Source: Oligoflexia bacterium (GTDB lineage Bacteria > Bdellovibrionota > Bdellovibrionia > JABDDW01). From it: DNA of 64,000 nt. Position 1 is the first letter of the stretch. Each line of letters starts with the position of its first letter. The stretch is from NCBI GenBank assembly GCA_016715815.1, contig JADJXN010000001.1:259678-323677 (forward strand), written 5' to 3'. Positions 26,980-37,371 of this stretch are shown here, piece after piece. The notes beneath the pieces are model-generated. The model had not been told where the DNA came from, did not search any database, and was given only the letters and a program-made list of their open reading frames with translations. The position numbers and the translations under genes were made by a program.

Positions 26980-28128
26980 ATGGCTCTTGAGCCGACTGAG
27001 CAGTTAAATAACAAGGCAAAAGTTCTGCCTAGGCTTGGTATTTTAGGATCGGGTCAACTTGCTAGAATGCTTGCCGAAGCCTGTTACAGGCTTGGTGTTG
27101 AACCGGTGGTTTTTGCGCAAAACTCAAATGATTGTGCAAGTTTAATTAGTAGGCATGTTATTGGTGACATAGATCATTTTTTAAATCTTGTTGATGTAGT
27201 TACTATTGAAAATGAGTTTATAGACTTAAAGTTACTTGAAAAAATTGAGTCGGTAAAAAACATTTACCCAAGTGTTAAGACTCTGAAACAAATCCAAAAT
27301 AAGTTAGATCAAAAAAATAATTTAAAAAAATTTAATTTACCCACGGCTGACTATGAAAAAGTTTGGGATCTTCAAACGCTACATCAGGCAATAAAAAAAA
27401 TGGGACCCAGACTTGTTTTAAAAACAAGCACAATGGGTTATGATGGCAAAGGGACTTTTATTTGTAACTTTTCAAAAATGCCACCAGATTCATTTTTTAT
27501 GGATCATGCAAACTTTAATGGTTTTGCGGAAAAGTTTATTGATTTTAAATACGAAGTGTCAGTAATAGTAGCAAGAGATTTAAGAGGAAATACCTGTACA
27601 TTTCCGCCAGTGATATCTGTTCAAAAAAATGGAATTTGTGATTACGTTTTGAAACCTGACAAGAATATTCAAAAATCAGTGCTTAAGCAAGTTGAGGTAG
27701 TAGCAGAAAAATTAATTAAAAGTTTTGATGGTGTTGGGGTTTTTGGAGTTGAAATGTTTGTTGATCAGAATAATAAAACTATTATTAATGAAATTGCTCC
27801 TAGAGTACATAACACCGGACACATTACAATGGATGCATGTAATGTATCTCAGTTTGAACAACATGTGCGAGCTGTAATGGGATATAAAATTGTAAAACCA
27901 AAATGGATTGTTAAATCTGCAGCTATGTTAAACATACTGGGTAGTAGTAAAGTGGCGGATACTAAACTTAAAAAAATTACTTTAAACGAAGGCGAGAGAA
28001 TTTATTGGTATTATAAACAGGGAAATAAGCTAAATAGAAAACTGGGGCATATAAACATAGTTTCAGATTCAGACAAAAAAAATCTTTTACAAAGTGCTCA
28101 AAAGATAAGGAAAATGTTGGATATTTAG
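26980..28128 (+). CDS. purK: N5-carboxyaminoimidazole ribonucleotide synthetase
   Basis: ATP-grasp fold: LGILGSGQLARML...LVLKTSTMGYDGKG...NEIAPRVHNTGH. Confidence 0.88.
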   Translation: MALEPTEQLNNKAKVLPRLGILGSGQLARMLAEACYRLGVEPVVFAQNSNDCASLISRHVIGDIDHFLNLVDVVTIENEFIDLKLLEKIESVKNIYPSVKTLKQIQNKLDQKNNLKKFNLPTADYEKVWDLQTLHQAIKKMGPRLVLKTSTMGYDGKGTFICNFSKMPPDSFFMDHANFNGFAEKFIDFKYEVSVIVARDLRGNTCTFPPVISVQKNGICDYVLKPDKNIQKSVLKQVEVVAEKLIKSFDGVGVFGVEMFVDQNNKTIINEIAPRVHNTGHITMDACNVSQFEQHVRAVMGYKIVKPKWIVKSAAMLNILGSSKVADTKLKKITLNEGERIYWYYKQGNKLNRKLGHINIVSDSDKKNLLQSAQKIRKMLDI

Positions 28129-28154
28129 TAAATAAAAGAAAATGGAAAGAAAAT

Positions 28155-28646
28155 ATGAAAAAATATGATGTGGTAATAGTTATGGGAAGCGAGTCTGATT
28201 ACCCAGTAATGAAAAAGTCGCAAAAATTGCTTAAAAAATGGGGGGTCAGTACTAATACTCAAATTATATCAGCCCATAGAACACCACAACTCTTAGAAAA
28301 AAGTGTTAAAGTTTGGGAAAAATTAAATGTCAAAGTTATTATCGCAGGGGCTGGTGGCTCCGCGCACTTACCTGGGATGTTGGCCTCCTTTTCAGTTTTG
28401 CCTGTGATTGGAGTTCCAATAAGTACAAAAAATTTTAATGGACTAGATTCTCTTTTATCAATTGTGCAAATGCCAACTGGTGTACCTGTAGCAACTGTTG
28501 CTGTTGGAGGTGCAGAGAATGCTGCTATACTGGCTGCCGAGATAATTGCACTAAGCAATAAAAAAATAAACGCAAAACTTGTAAATTATAAAAAGCAGTT
28601 AAAAGTCAAAGTGAAGCAAATGCAAATAAAGCTGAAAAAACGCTAA
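28155..28646 (+). CDS. purE: N5-CAIR mutase (AIR carboxylase catalytic subunit)
   Basis: VVIVMGSESD...ISAHRTP...IIAGAGGSAHLPGM.A..S..PVIGVP are the PurE signatures. Confidence 0.92.
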   Translation: MKKYDVVIVMGSESDYPVMKKSQKLLKKWGVSTNTQIISAHRTPQLLEKSVKVWEKLNVKVIIAGAGGSAHLPGMLASFSVLPVIGVPISTKNFNGLDSLLSIVQMPTGVPVATVAVGGAENAAILAAEIIALSNKKINAKLVNYKKQLKVKVKQMQIKLKKR

Positions 28647-28658
28647 GGCGTACGCTTA

Positions 28659-29663
28659 ATGATTTTAGATGCAAATAAAAAGGAAAATATTTTTAAAGCA
28701 GCAGATGTAATTAGACGAGGCGGGCTTGTTGCTTTCCCAACGGAGACAGTATATGGCTTGGGTGCAGATGCATTTAATGAACAAGCGGTTCTAAAAATAT
28801 TTAAAGCTAAAGGTAGGCCGCTTGAGGACCCCCTTATTCTACATATCTGTGATATCACGCAGTTAGATAGAATTGCTGAGGAAGTACCTGAAAAAGCTAG
28901 GATTTTAATTAAAAAATTTTGGCCAGGACCACTTACAATTATATTTAATAAATCAAAAAACATAAGTGATAAAATTACTGCAAGTTTAAAAACAGTAGCT
29001 GTTAGAATGCCTTCAAATAATGTAGCACTTAATTTAATAAAAGAATCAAATACGGTTATCGCAGCCCCAAGTGCAAATAAGTTTCAAGGAATTAGCCCAA
29101 CAAATGCATCTGATGTTGAGGAAGAGTTGGGGGCAAAAGTAGATATTATACTTGATGGTGGAATGAGTGAGTATGGACTGGAATCAACAATAGTTGATTG
29201 TAGGGGTGATGAGGTCTTGGTTTTAAGGCTTGGTGCAATATCTAATGAACAGATTGAACAGGAACTACAAGAAAAAGTAAGTTTAAAGGTTGTATCTATT
29301 GATAGTAAAGCAGCTCCTGGGATGTATGAGTTGCACTATGCTCCAAAAAAAGAATTAATATTTCTAGATGAGAGGCAGCTGGTCAATTTTTTAAAGCAAA
29401 ATAGTATTACTGAAGCAGTCATTTTGTGCTTTTCAAAACAAGAAGAGGAATTTTTACGGAAAAATGGTTTTAAAGAGGTTGTTGTTTTATCTCAAGAGGG
29501 TTCCTATAAAGAGGCGGCTAATAAATATTTTTCTACTCTTAGAGATTTAGATAAAAGTAATTTTAAAAGTATTATTTGTTACAAATTGCCAGACAATGGT
29601 TTGGGAAGAACCATAAATGACAGAATGAAAAAGGCGTCTCACCATGGCTCGGGGAAAGTATGA
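28659..29663 (+). CDS. tsaC: L-threonylcarbamoyladenylate synthase, Sua5/YrdC type with a C-terminal Sua5 domain
   Basis: GGLVAFPTETVYGLGADAFNEQAV.KIF.AKGRP...PL is the YrdC motif. 334 aa implies the extra Sua5 domain. Confidence 0.88.
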   Translation: MILDANKKENIFKAADVIRRGGLVAFPTETVYGLGADAFNEQAVLKIFKAKGRPLEDPLILHICDITQLDRIAEEVPEKARILIKKFWPGPLTIIFNKSKNISDKITASLKTVAVRMPSNNVALNLIKESNTVIAAPSANKFQGISPTNASDVEEELGAKVDIILDGGMSEYGLESTIVDCRGDEVLVLRLGAISNEQIEQELQEKVSLKVVSIDSKAAPGMYELHYAPKKELIFLDERQLVNFLKQNSITEAVILCFSKQEEEFLRKNGFKEVVVLSQEGSYKEAANKYFSTLRDLDKSNFKSIICYKLPDNGLGRTINDRMKKASHHGSGKV

Positions 29664-29687
29664 TTAATCTGCAAAAGGACTTTTGTT

Positions 29688-30563
29688 GTGAAGGTAATTA
29701 ACCTATTTGATAGATTTTTAAAGCTCCAAAGTAACAGTAAGACAGAGCCTTTAGATAGGATCTTAAGAAAAGATGAAGACCTTGAGCAATTATTAAAGCT
29801 TGCTAGTCAGTGGGATTTAGACTTGGAGAATGTGCAGAGATGGTTGTTATCTGAGCCTTACCAAGAAAATAAAAAAGTTGCTTTAGAATTTTGTGAAGGT
29901 CTTGAAAAGGAAGTAAAAAAAATTGAAAAAGTATTAAACACGTCACTTTCCGGTGAAATTTGCATTTGTCCAAGCTTAATGATATTTGATGGGTTTGCTA
30001 GATATGATAGCGGCAACCATAGAGTATGGTTTGGTGTTGATTACCCAGGGGCTAGCCAAGATTATTTAAAAGTTTTATTGGCCCATGAGCTCTCCCATGT
30101 CTATAGAGACCATCAACCAAATGTGTGGGGGTTTTTGGGTAAACCCTTAAATCAAGTTACTAGAAATGAATATATAGATAATTTGTCAGCTACAGAGCAT
30201 TTAGCTAGTGAGGGCTTAGCTACATTATTTTCTCAAGTTATTTACCCTGAAATTCCCTTAAGTGTGCACCATTATTATGAAGAGCATGAAATGAAGTGGT
30301 GTTTTGATAATTTAAGTATTATTGAAAAAGCAATTTTAGAGGAGCTTTTAAGTGAGGGCCAGGATGTATGGAAGTTTTATGATGAGGATATTATTAAACC
30401 TGGCAGTCCTGGGAGAACTCAGTATTTTTGGTCCGCATTAAAAATTAGAAATTGGCTTGATAAAAAATTAACTATAAGCAATAGAAATGATAATTACCTT
30501 AAAGTACTTATTGATTGCCATGGTAAGTCAGCATTAGAATTTGATTGTTTTACCAGTGAATAA
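29688..30563 (+). CDS. hypothetical protein with an HExxH motif (possible Zn-dependent hydrolase)
   Basis: LLAHELSHVYRDH contains HExxH. No further family was recognised. Confidence 0.5.
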   Translation: MKVINLFDRFLKLQSNSKTEPLDRILRKDEDLEQLLKLASQWDLDLENVQRWLLSEPYQENKKVALEFCEGLEKEVKKIEKVLNTSLSGEICICPSLMIFDGFARYDSGNHRVWFGVDYPGASQDYLKVLLAHELSHVYRDHQPNVWGFLGKPLNQVTRNEYIDNLSATEHLASEGLATLFSQVIYPEIPLSVHHYYEEHEMKWCFDNLSIIEKAILEELLSEGQDVWKFYDEDIIKPGSPGRTQYFWSALKIRNWLDKKLTISNRNDNYLKVLIDCHGKSALEFDCFTSE

Positions 30564-30564
30564 T

Positions 30565-31233
30565 ATGAAAAAAATCTTAGTTATTATTTTTTTAATTTTA
30601 CCTACTCAAGCCACAGCAGAATGTCTTGTGTGCGGAGTGAAGGATACTTTTTTAGATGCATTTGATAAAAATGGCTTAATCATTTTAGCTGTTGGAGCAG
30701 GGGCCACACTCATAGCTTTTAACCAAGACCAAGCAATGCACGATTCATGGGTGAATTATCAAAGAATGAATAGAGATGCGTCTAGTTTTGGAGATTTTTG
30801 GGGTACTGGAATACCTGAGGCATCTATTGCACTTGGGCAATTAATTTTTGACAATGAAAAAGGAATTGCGCACACGGAAAGCCTTTTAGTTTCAACGCTT
30901 ATTACTTATGGTTTAAAATACTCTAGCGGTAGACAAAGACCAGAGAGTGAAAACAGGCTTTCATTTCCATCTGGCCACTCACAAGTATCATTTGTTACTG
31001 CAACTCATTTACTCTTTTCTTACGGTTGGCTTTACTCAGTGCCTGCTTTTGGTGCAGCTGTAGTTACAGGTCTAAGCAGGCTTTCTGATAATGCCCACTG
31101 GTTTAGTGATGTGGTGGCGGGGGCTGCTATTGGAGTGTTTTTTGGAAGATCTGCTTTTAAGCACTATACTACAATTACGCCATATGCTTTAAGTGGCGGG
31201 GGTTATGGTTTGGCGTTGACTTACCGCTATTAA
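30565..31233 (+). CDS. PAP2-family phosphatase (membrane/periplasmic)
   Basis: Signal peptide MKKILVIIFLILPTQATA. PAP2 motifs KYSSGRQRP, PSGHS and SRLSDNAHWFSDV. Confidence 0.85.
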   Translation: MKKILVIIFLILPTQATAECLVCGVKDTFLDAFDKNGLIILAVGAGATLIAFNQDQAMHDSWVNYQRMNRDASSFGDFWGTGIPEASIALGQLIFDNEKGIAHTESLLVSTLITYGLKYSSGRQRPESENRLSFPSGHSQVSFVTATHLLFSYGWLYSVPAFGAAVVTGLSRLSDNAHWFSDVVAGAAIGVFFGRSAFKHYTTITPYALSGGGYGLALTYRY

Positions 31234-31246
31234 AAAGGGAACAAAA

Positions 31247-31873
31247 ATGTCTATATTTGAAAATTCAAAACTTTATATATCAGCTCGCTCGCCATTTGCT
31301 AGACGTGTTCGAATAGCGTTAAGAGAGCACAAAATAAATTATGAAGAAGTTGTATTTAACGTTTTTGAAACAAATCCGCAGCTTAATACAGCAAACCCAC
31401 TCAGAAGAGTTCCTGTAATTGTTTTAGAGTCAGGAATGGAAATTGTAGATTCAAACCAAATTTTAAAAGTATTTTACGACGAACAAATTAGTAGTCCTCT
31501 GCAAGCAAAGGATATTAGACAAAAAATAGTATGTGCAAATTGGTCTGGAATTGCGGTAGGTGTGTGTGAGCTTGTTGTTCAGTATTTTTTGGAAACTCAA
31601 AAAGAAAAAGCACTCCAAGATGAAGCTTTAATCAGAGAGATAAGAGAAATAATTGATGAGGCATTAAACAAATATGAAAAGTATTTGGGGGAGAAAGAAT
31701 TTTGTTTGGGGACTCAGTTAACTCAAACTGATATTGATTGGGGAGTGGCTCTTTTTTATTTACAACTTAGAATGCCAATTAAACTGGATGTGTCATTTCC
31801 AAAGTTAAACAAGTATATGAATTCCTTGGGGCAACAAGAATCTTTTAAGACAACATTGCCTTCAGCTCTTTAG
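31247..31873 (+). CDS. glutathione S-transferase family protein
   Basis: N-terminal thioredoxin-like GST fold (SPFARRVRIAL...RRVPVIV) and an alpha-helical C-terminal domain. Confidence 0.75.
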   Translation: MSIFENSKLYISARSPFARRVRIALREHKINYEEVVFNVFETNPQLNTANPLRRVPVIVLESGMEIVDSNQILKVFYDEQISSPLQAKDIRQKIVCANWSGIAVGVCELVVQYFLETQKEKALQDEALIREIREIIDEALNKYEKYLGEKEFCLGTQLTQTDIDWGVALFYLQLRMPIKLDVSFPKLNKYMNSLGQQESFKTTLPSAL

Positions 31874-31879
31874 TAAGGC

Positions 31880-33142
31880 TTATTGCGGGTATAAACCGCG
31901 AAGAAGCATGGCTGAGCTTACGCGATGTACAGCTGCAATCATAGCGGCTTTGCGAGTATCAACCTTTTGGTTTAGGCTAGTTTCAATCATAACCTTAAAA
32001 TTATTATTCATGATTGTTCTAAGACGACTGTTGATTTCCTGCTCTGTCCAAAAGAAATTTTGGAGATCTTGAACCCATTCAAAATAGCTGACAATAACTC
32101 CACCTGCGTTTGCCAAAATATCTGGAATAATAAATTTTCCATTATCTACTAATATTTTATGGCCATCATGTGTAACGGGGCCATTGGCACCTTCAGCTAT
32201 CATACGAGCTTTGATTTGATTTGCATTTTTTGAATTAATGACGCCATCAATAGCTGCTGGCACAAGAATGTCGCATTTGAGTGTTAATAAATCTTGGTTT
32301 GAAATTTCTTGAGCCTCTTTGTAGCCCTTCAGGCTTTTATTTTTTGCATAATATTCTTTTACGGCATTTATGTTTAAACCGCCCTCATTATAAAGCCCGC
32401 AATTAACGTCACTCACACCTACAACACTTAAACCCAATTCATCAGCACATGTCGCTGCAGAAGCCCCTACCTCACCAAAACCTTGAACAATAACCTTTAC
32501 ACTTTTATCTTGTTTTATTTTTAAATGCTCACAAGCCTTTTCAACGGTATAAATAACGCCTCTACCAGTGGAAGTGGATCTACCCAAGCTTCCACCAATT
32601 TCAATAGGCTTTCCTGTAACAACACCTGGAACTGCATGGCCTAATTCTTGGCTGTAGGTATCCATAATCCAAGCCATTGTTTGAGCATCAGTACCCATAT
32701 CAGGAGCTGGAATGTCTTTGTCGGGGCCAATAAACATGGAAAGCTCACTGGTATAACGGCGAGTAAGTCTTTGTTTTTCTGTGCGAGAGAGTTTTGAGGC
32801 ATTTACTTTAACACCACCCTTTGCTCCGCCAAGGGGCAGGCCTGCAAGGGAACACTTAAATGTCATAAGCATGGCAAGAGCTGCAACTTCACTCAATGAT
32901 ACGTTTTCGTGATAGCGTATTCCTCCTTTACAAGGCCCAAGTGTAAGACTGTGTTGAACTCTGTAACCATCAAAAACTTTAACAGAGTTATCATCCATTC
33001 TAACAGGGATAGAAACCATGATAGCGCGCTTTGGTTTTTTTAACCTTTCATGAATATTAGGGTCCAATCTCATGGCTTCAGCAGTTTCATTAAGTAGTTT
33101 AAGAGTGTCTTGGTAAAGGTGACTTTCCAATAAAATATCCAT
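31880..33142 (-). CDS. gdh: glutamate dehydrogenase (Glu/Leu/Phe/Val dehydrogenase family)
   Basis: KCSLAGLPLGGAKGGVKVN (active-site Lys/Gly-rich loop) and the Rossmann fold GFGEVG. Confidence 0.92.
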   Translation of the reverse strand: MDILLESHLYQDTLKLLNETAEAMRLDPNIHERLKKPKRAIMVSIPVRMDDNSVKVFDGYRVQHSLTLGPCKGGIRYHENVSLSEVAALAMLMTFKCSLAGLPLGGAKGGVKVNASKLSRTEKQRLTRRYTSELSMFIGPDKDIPAPDMGTDAQTMAWIMDTYSQELGHAVPGVVTGKPIEIGGSLGRSTSTGRGVIYTVEKACEHLKIKQDKSVKVIVQGFGEVGASAATCADELGLSVVGVSDVNCGLYNEGGLNINAVKEYYAKNKSLKGYKEAQEISNQDLLTLKCDILVPAAIDGVINSKNANQIKARMIAEGANGPVTHDGHKILVDNGKFIIPDILANAGGVIVSYFEWVQDLQNFFWTEQEINSRLRTIMNNNFKVMIETSLNQKVDTRKAAMIAAVHRVSSAMLLRGLYPQ

Positions 33143-33254
33143 TTAAAGCCTCCGTAAGAGTTAAGATACCCAGTTTGTAAAAGCCGCATATTTTATGCAA
33201 GAATTTTCTATTTAAACTTTTGCTTTATGCCATGCATAACTTTATTATGTTTCT

Positions 33255-34226
33255 ATGCGAAAGGTCCTATTATGCAGGGTTGATAAGATTGGTGATTTGG
33301 TACTGACGCTACCTATGCAGAAAGCTTGGAACGAGATTTCCCCTGAAGATGAGATTTACTGGCTTATAGATGAAAATTTAAAGTTTTTAATGGCGGCAAG
33401 AACAAATGTTATAACCATTGGGCCAAAAACAAGCTTTAAGGGGCTGGTTAAGCAACTTAAGAAAATTAAATTTGATATAAGCGTTTGTTTTCACGTTCCC
33501 TGGTGGGTGGCATTAGCGGTGTTTATGGCTGGAGTTAAGACTAGGGTGGGTGTGGCATCACAGTGGTTTTCCTGGATTCTTTATAATAAAAAAATACGTC
33601 AAAAAAGAAGTTTATCCCTTAAAAATGAGGCTTACTATAACTTAGATTTAGTTAATTTTGCTTTAGGTTCACAGTTTAGCTTACTTAAACCCTATGAGCT
33701 AAGAGCTGAGCAGACGTTAGTTGAAAGTTGGCGGCAAAAACTAGGAAGTGGATTTGTTGTGGTGCATCCGGGAATGGGTGGAAGTGCACGCAATTGGCCA
33801 CTAGAAAGCTACAACAGTCTTGTTAAGGAGCTACTACAAAAATGGGAAAAGATTGTTGTTACGGGTGGGGCAAGTGATAAGAATTTTGTAAATTCAACAA
33901 ATATACTTAGTTTTAAAGGTGTTGTTGATTTAGTAGGACAAACAAGCCCTGAGGATCTTTTGGCTGTTTTAAGCCTAGCTAAAGCGATTGTTGCCCCAAG
34001 TACAGGGGTGGCCCATATAGGGGCATCTTTGGGTAAAAAGGTTTTAGGGATCTACTCTCCTGTAAAAGTACAGGCTCCAATAAGATGGGGGCCTATTGGT
34101 GAGAATGTGATTGTTTTTAAGCCTGAAGTGAATTGCCCTGGTGTTTTTAAGTGTTTGGAAAATAAATGCGCAGAATTTGACTGTATGAAAACCATTGAGG
34201 TAGAAACAGTGGTGAGGAATATATGA
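33255..34226 (+). CDS. glycosyltransferase family 9 (ADP-heptose:LPS heptosyltransferase)
   Basis: The N-terminus KIGDLVLTLP and the C-terminal GT-B architecture are typical of WaaC/WaaF heptosyltransferases. It overlaps the next gene by 4 nt. Confidence 0.8.
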   Translation: MRKVLLCRVDKIGDLVLTLPMQKAWNEISPEDEIYWLIDENLKFLMAARTNVITIGPKTSFKGLVKQLKKIKFDISVCFHVPWWVALAVFMAGVKTRVGVASQWFSWILYNKKIRQKRSLSLKNEAYYNLDLVNFALGSQFSLLKPYELRAEQTLVESWRQKLGSGFVVVHPGMGGSARNWPLESYNSLVKELLQKWEKIVVTGGASDKNFVNSTNILSFKGVVDLVGQTSPEDLLAVLSLAKAIVAPSTGVAHIGASLGKKVLGIYSPVKVQAPIRWGPIGENVIVFKPEVNCPGVFKCLENKCAEFDCMKTIEVETVVRNI

Positions 34227-35233
34227 ATGTAAATAAAGAAAAACTTTTTAGTTATGTTGACTTATTGCGCGGGAAAAAGGTGCTCATTGTGGGTGATGTT
34301 GGGCTTGATGAGTATGTCATAGGTTCAGTGAGAAGAATAAGCCCTGAAGCACCTGTACCTGTTTTAGAAGTTGGTGAACAGGATCAGAGATTGGGGCTTG
34401 CAAGTAATGTTGCTGCCAATGTGGCCTCTTTAGGAGGAGTGCCCTACTTGGTTGGTGTGGTTGGGCAAGACCAAACAGCGGAAATTTTTAAACAACAACT
34501 TAAAAGTAACAATTGTTCGGCAGAGTACCTCATTGTTGATAGTGCAAGGCCAACAACAAAAAAACTTCGAGTTATGGCGGCACAACACCATATTGTAAGA
34601 GTGGATTTTGAAAGGAAAAAATACCTTACCCCTGAAATTGAAAAAAAACTTATCTCACGCGTAGACACTCTTATGCCTGAAGTAGATGCGGTTATTATTG
34701 AAGATTATTCCAAGGGTGTCTTAAGTGAAAATGTAATACAAAAAGTCATTGAGAGTGCAAAGAGAAATAAAAAATTTGTTGCCCTTGATCCTAACTCTGC
34801 AACTGCAACCACTTATTATAGTGGTGTAGATTATGTGACTCCAAATACAAGTGAAGCCCTAAAACTTTCTAACTTAAAAATAGATGATTTAAGTGCTCCT
34901 TCGGAATCCCTACATGAGGTGGGCAAAAGTTTGCTAGATCAGCTGGGTGCGAAGGCTGTGATTATAACTAGGGGTAAAGATGGCATGAGTTTATATGAAA
35001 ACAATGGCAAAGCCGAAGGGGAGCACATACCTACTTTTGCAAGAACTGTTTTTGATGTTACCGGGGCTGGTGATACAGTTATTGCTACTTTTACCTTAAG
35101 TTTGAGTGCGGGCCTAAGTTTAATTGAGGCATGTACACTTTCTAACTATGCAGCAGGGGTTGTGGTGGGAAAAATTGGCTGTGTTTCCTGTAGTCCAAAT
35201 GAGCTTAAAGAGTACATTAAAGAAGTAAATTAA
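34223..35233 (+). CDS. hldA: D-glycero-beta-D-manno-heptose-7-phosphate kinase (the domain-I half of HldE, standalone)
   Basis: pfkB/ribokinase fold: VLIVGDVGLDEY..G...RISPEAPVPV...DVTGAGDTVIA. There is no C-terminal adenylyltransferase domain. Confidence 0.82.
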   Translation: MNVNKEKLFSYVDLLRGKKVLIVGDVGLDEYVIGSVRRISPEAPVPVLEVGEQDQRLGLASNVAANVASLGGVPYLVGVVGQDQTAEIFKQQLKSNNCSAEYLIVDSARPTTKKLRVMAAQHHIVRVDFERKKYLTPEIEKKLISRVDTLMPEVDAVIIEDYSKGVLSENVIQKVIESAKRNKKFVALDPNSATATTYYSGVDYVTPNTSEALKLSNLKIDDLSAPSESLHEVGKSLLDQLGAKAVIITRGKDGMSLYENNGKAEGEHIPTFARTVFDVTGAGDTVIATFTLSLSAGLSLIEACTLSNYAAGVVVGKIGCVSCSPNELKEYIKEVN

Positions 35234-35338
35234 ATTGGCCTCTAAGATATTGATTATATTAAGTAATACCTAAGTTTTGGGGCGGCGCTTATCAGCCTTT
35301 CTAAGTTGTACTAAGTATGGTAATTTCATGGCCTTGTT

Positions 35339-36382
35339 ATGGTTAATTTTTACGACTTAAGCCTTTTGGAGTTAAAACAATTTTTAGTTGGCCACGGAAA
35401 AGAAAAGTTTCGGGCAGAACAGTTGTTTCGTTGGGTTTATCAAAAAGGTGTCACAGATTTTTCTCAGATGACAAACATCTCACAAGATTTTAGAGAAGAA
35501 ATAAAAAATATTTTAGATTTTAAACTTCCAAAAGTAGTTCACCAAGCAGACAGCGTTGATGGGACGAGAAAATTTCTAATGGCTGTTGATGGTGGGAAGA
35601 ACATTGAATCAGTTTTAATTCCAAATGAAGATCGCCTTACCCTTTGCGTATCAAGCGAAGTTGGATGTGCAATGGGATGTCAGTTTTGCTTTACTGCTGA
35701 GATGGGTTTAATGAGAAGGCTAAATGTCTCTGAAATTGTGGGGCAATTTTTAAATGCACAAAAAAGTCTTAACGGGACAAAAAGAATAACAAATATAGTT
35801 TTTATGGGAATGGGAGAGCCTTTAGATAACGTTGATAATGTAACTAAAGCTATTGAAATTTTGCATGAACAAGTAGGAATTGGTTTAAGTAAAAAAAGAA
35901 TTACAGTTTCAACAAGTGGAATTGTGCCTCAAATACATAGAGTAGCAAAAGTGGGAGCAAGACTTGCCGTTAGTTTAAATGCGACCACAAATGAAATTCG
36001 AGATAAAGTAATGCCAATTAACCGCAAATATAATTTAGAAAAGCTACTTGAGGCCTGCAAGCAATACTACCTTGAAAGTAAAGATATGATTACTTTTGAA
36101 TATGTTTTGCTTAAGGGAATTAATGATTCTATTGATGACGCACATAGAATAGTGCAGTTAACAAAAAATATTCCAAGTAAAATTAATCTTATTCCTTTTA
36201 ACGAGCACCCTGAGTCAGGTTTTGTTAGGCCGTCACAACATGAGGTAAATAAATTTCAAAAAACTTTAATGAATGCAGGAAAGCATGTATTGGTAAGAAG
36301 AACCATGGGGCGAGATATTTATGCCGCCTGTGGGCAGTTAAGATCAGAAATGGAAAAACATCCACAGAAAATGTCTGTGTAA
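35339..36382 (+). CDS. rlmN: 23S rRNA (adenine2503-C2)/tRNA methyltransferase, radical SAM
   Basis: CVSSEVGCAMGCQFCFT is the CxxxCxxC cluster. GMGEPLDN and the remaining RlmN blocks are present. Confidence 0.92.
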   Translation: MVNFYDLSLLELKQFLVGHGKEKFRAEQLFRWVYQKGVTDFSQMTNISQDFREEIKNILDFKLPKVVHQADSVDGTRKFLMAVDGGKNIESVLIPNEDRLTLCVSSEVGCAMGCQFCFTAEMGLMRRLNVSEIVGQFLNAQKSLNGTKRITNIVFMGMGEPLDNVDNVTKAIEILHEQVGIGLSKKRITVSTSGIVPQIHRVAKVGARLAVSLNATTNEIRDKVMPINRKYNLEKLLEACKQYYLESKDMITFEYVLLKGINDSIDDAHRIVQLTKNIPSKINLIPFNEHPESGFVRPSQHEVNKFQKTLMNAGKHVLVRRTMGRDIYAACGQLRSEMEKHPQKMSV

Positions 36383-36394
36383 GAGGGAGAAAAA

Positions 36395-37306
36395 ATGGGA
36401 CAAATTTTAGTTGTAGGTAGCCTTGCGTATGACAGTGTTAAAACTCCATCTGGTGAGGTTAACTCTGCCATTGGGGGTAGTGCAAATTACTTTGGTCTTT
36501 CAGCATCCTTATTTGCACCAGTAAGGGTGGTTGGGGTTGTTGGAAATGATTATGCTGAAGAGCATTCTTTGATGTTAACTAAAAGGGGTGTGGATGTTTC
36601 AGGAGTTCAAAAAGTTGAAGGTAAAACTTTTCATTGGGCAGGCGAGTATAGCGGAGACATGAATGAAGCAAAAACTTTAAAAACTGAATTAAATGTTTTT
36701 GCAAACTTTCAGCCAACAATACCAGAAAACTACAAAGACTCAGACTATGTATTTTTGGCAAATATTGATCCTGTTTTGCAAATGGAAGTTTTAAAGCAAG
36801 TGAGAAAACCAAAACTTGTAGCAGCAGACACAATGAATTTTTGGATTCAAAGTAAAAAAAATGATTTAATAAATCTATTAAAACATATAGATATTTTAGT
36901 TATTAACGAAGGAGAAGCAAAGCTTCTTACTGGTGCTCAAAACGCAATAATGGCATGTGAATTAATTCAAGAAATGGGACCCAAAGCTGTTGTTATTAAG
37001 CGTGGCGAATATGGTTTTATTTTATATGCAGAAAATGATTACTTTGCGCTCCCGGCATTCCCAATAAAAAATGTTGTGGACCCAACTGGTGCAGGTGATA
37101 GTTTTGCTGGTGGGTTTATTGGGTACTTAGCTCACCATGAGCTAGGCCTTGCGACTCAAGCACTGAAACAAGCATGTGTTTATGGCTCCCTTGTAGCTAG
37201 TTTTACAGTGCAAGACTTTAGTGTGGGCGAGCTGCAAAACTTAGATAGCCACAAGCTGGAAAAAAGATATTTAGATTACAAAAAAGTAGTCTCAATTTCA
37301 CACTAA
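36395..37306 (+). CDS. PfkB-family carbohydrate/nucleoside kinase
   Basis: Ribokinase-like fold. DPTGAGDSFAGGF is the C-terminal anion-hole/catalytic motif. Confidence 0.75.
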   Translation: MGQILVVGSLAYDSVKTPSGEVNSAIGGSANYFGLSASLFAPVRVVGVVGNDYAEEHSLMLTKRGVDVSGVQKVEGKTFHWAGEYSGDMNEAKTLKTELNVFANFQPTIPENYKDSDYVFLANIDPVLQMEVLKQVRKPKLVAADTMNFWIQSKKNDLINLLKHIDILVINEGEAKLLTGAQNAIMACELIQEMGPKAVVIKRGEYGFILYAENDYFALPAFPIKNVVDPTGAGDSFAGGFIGYLAHHELGLATQALKQACVYGSLVASFTVQDFSVGELQNLDSHKLEKRYLDYKKVVSISH

Positions 37307-37371
37307 ATTTAAGTCTAGTTTCTCTCTTAAATTTTTTATTTTATTATGTGCAAGTCCGATAAGTTATCAGG

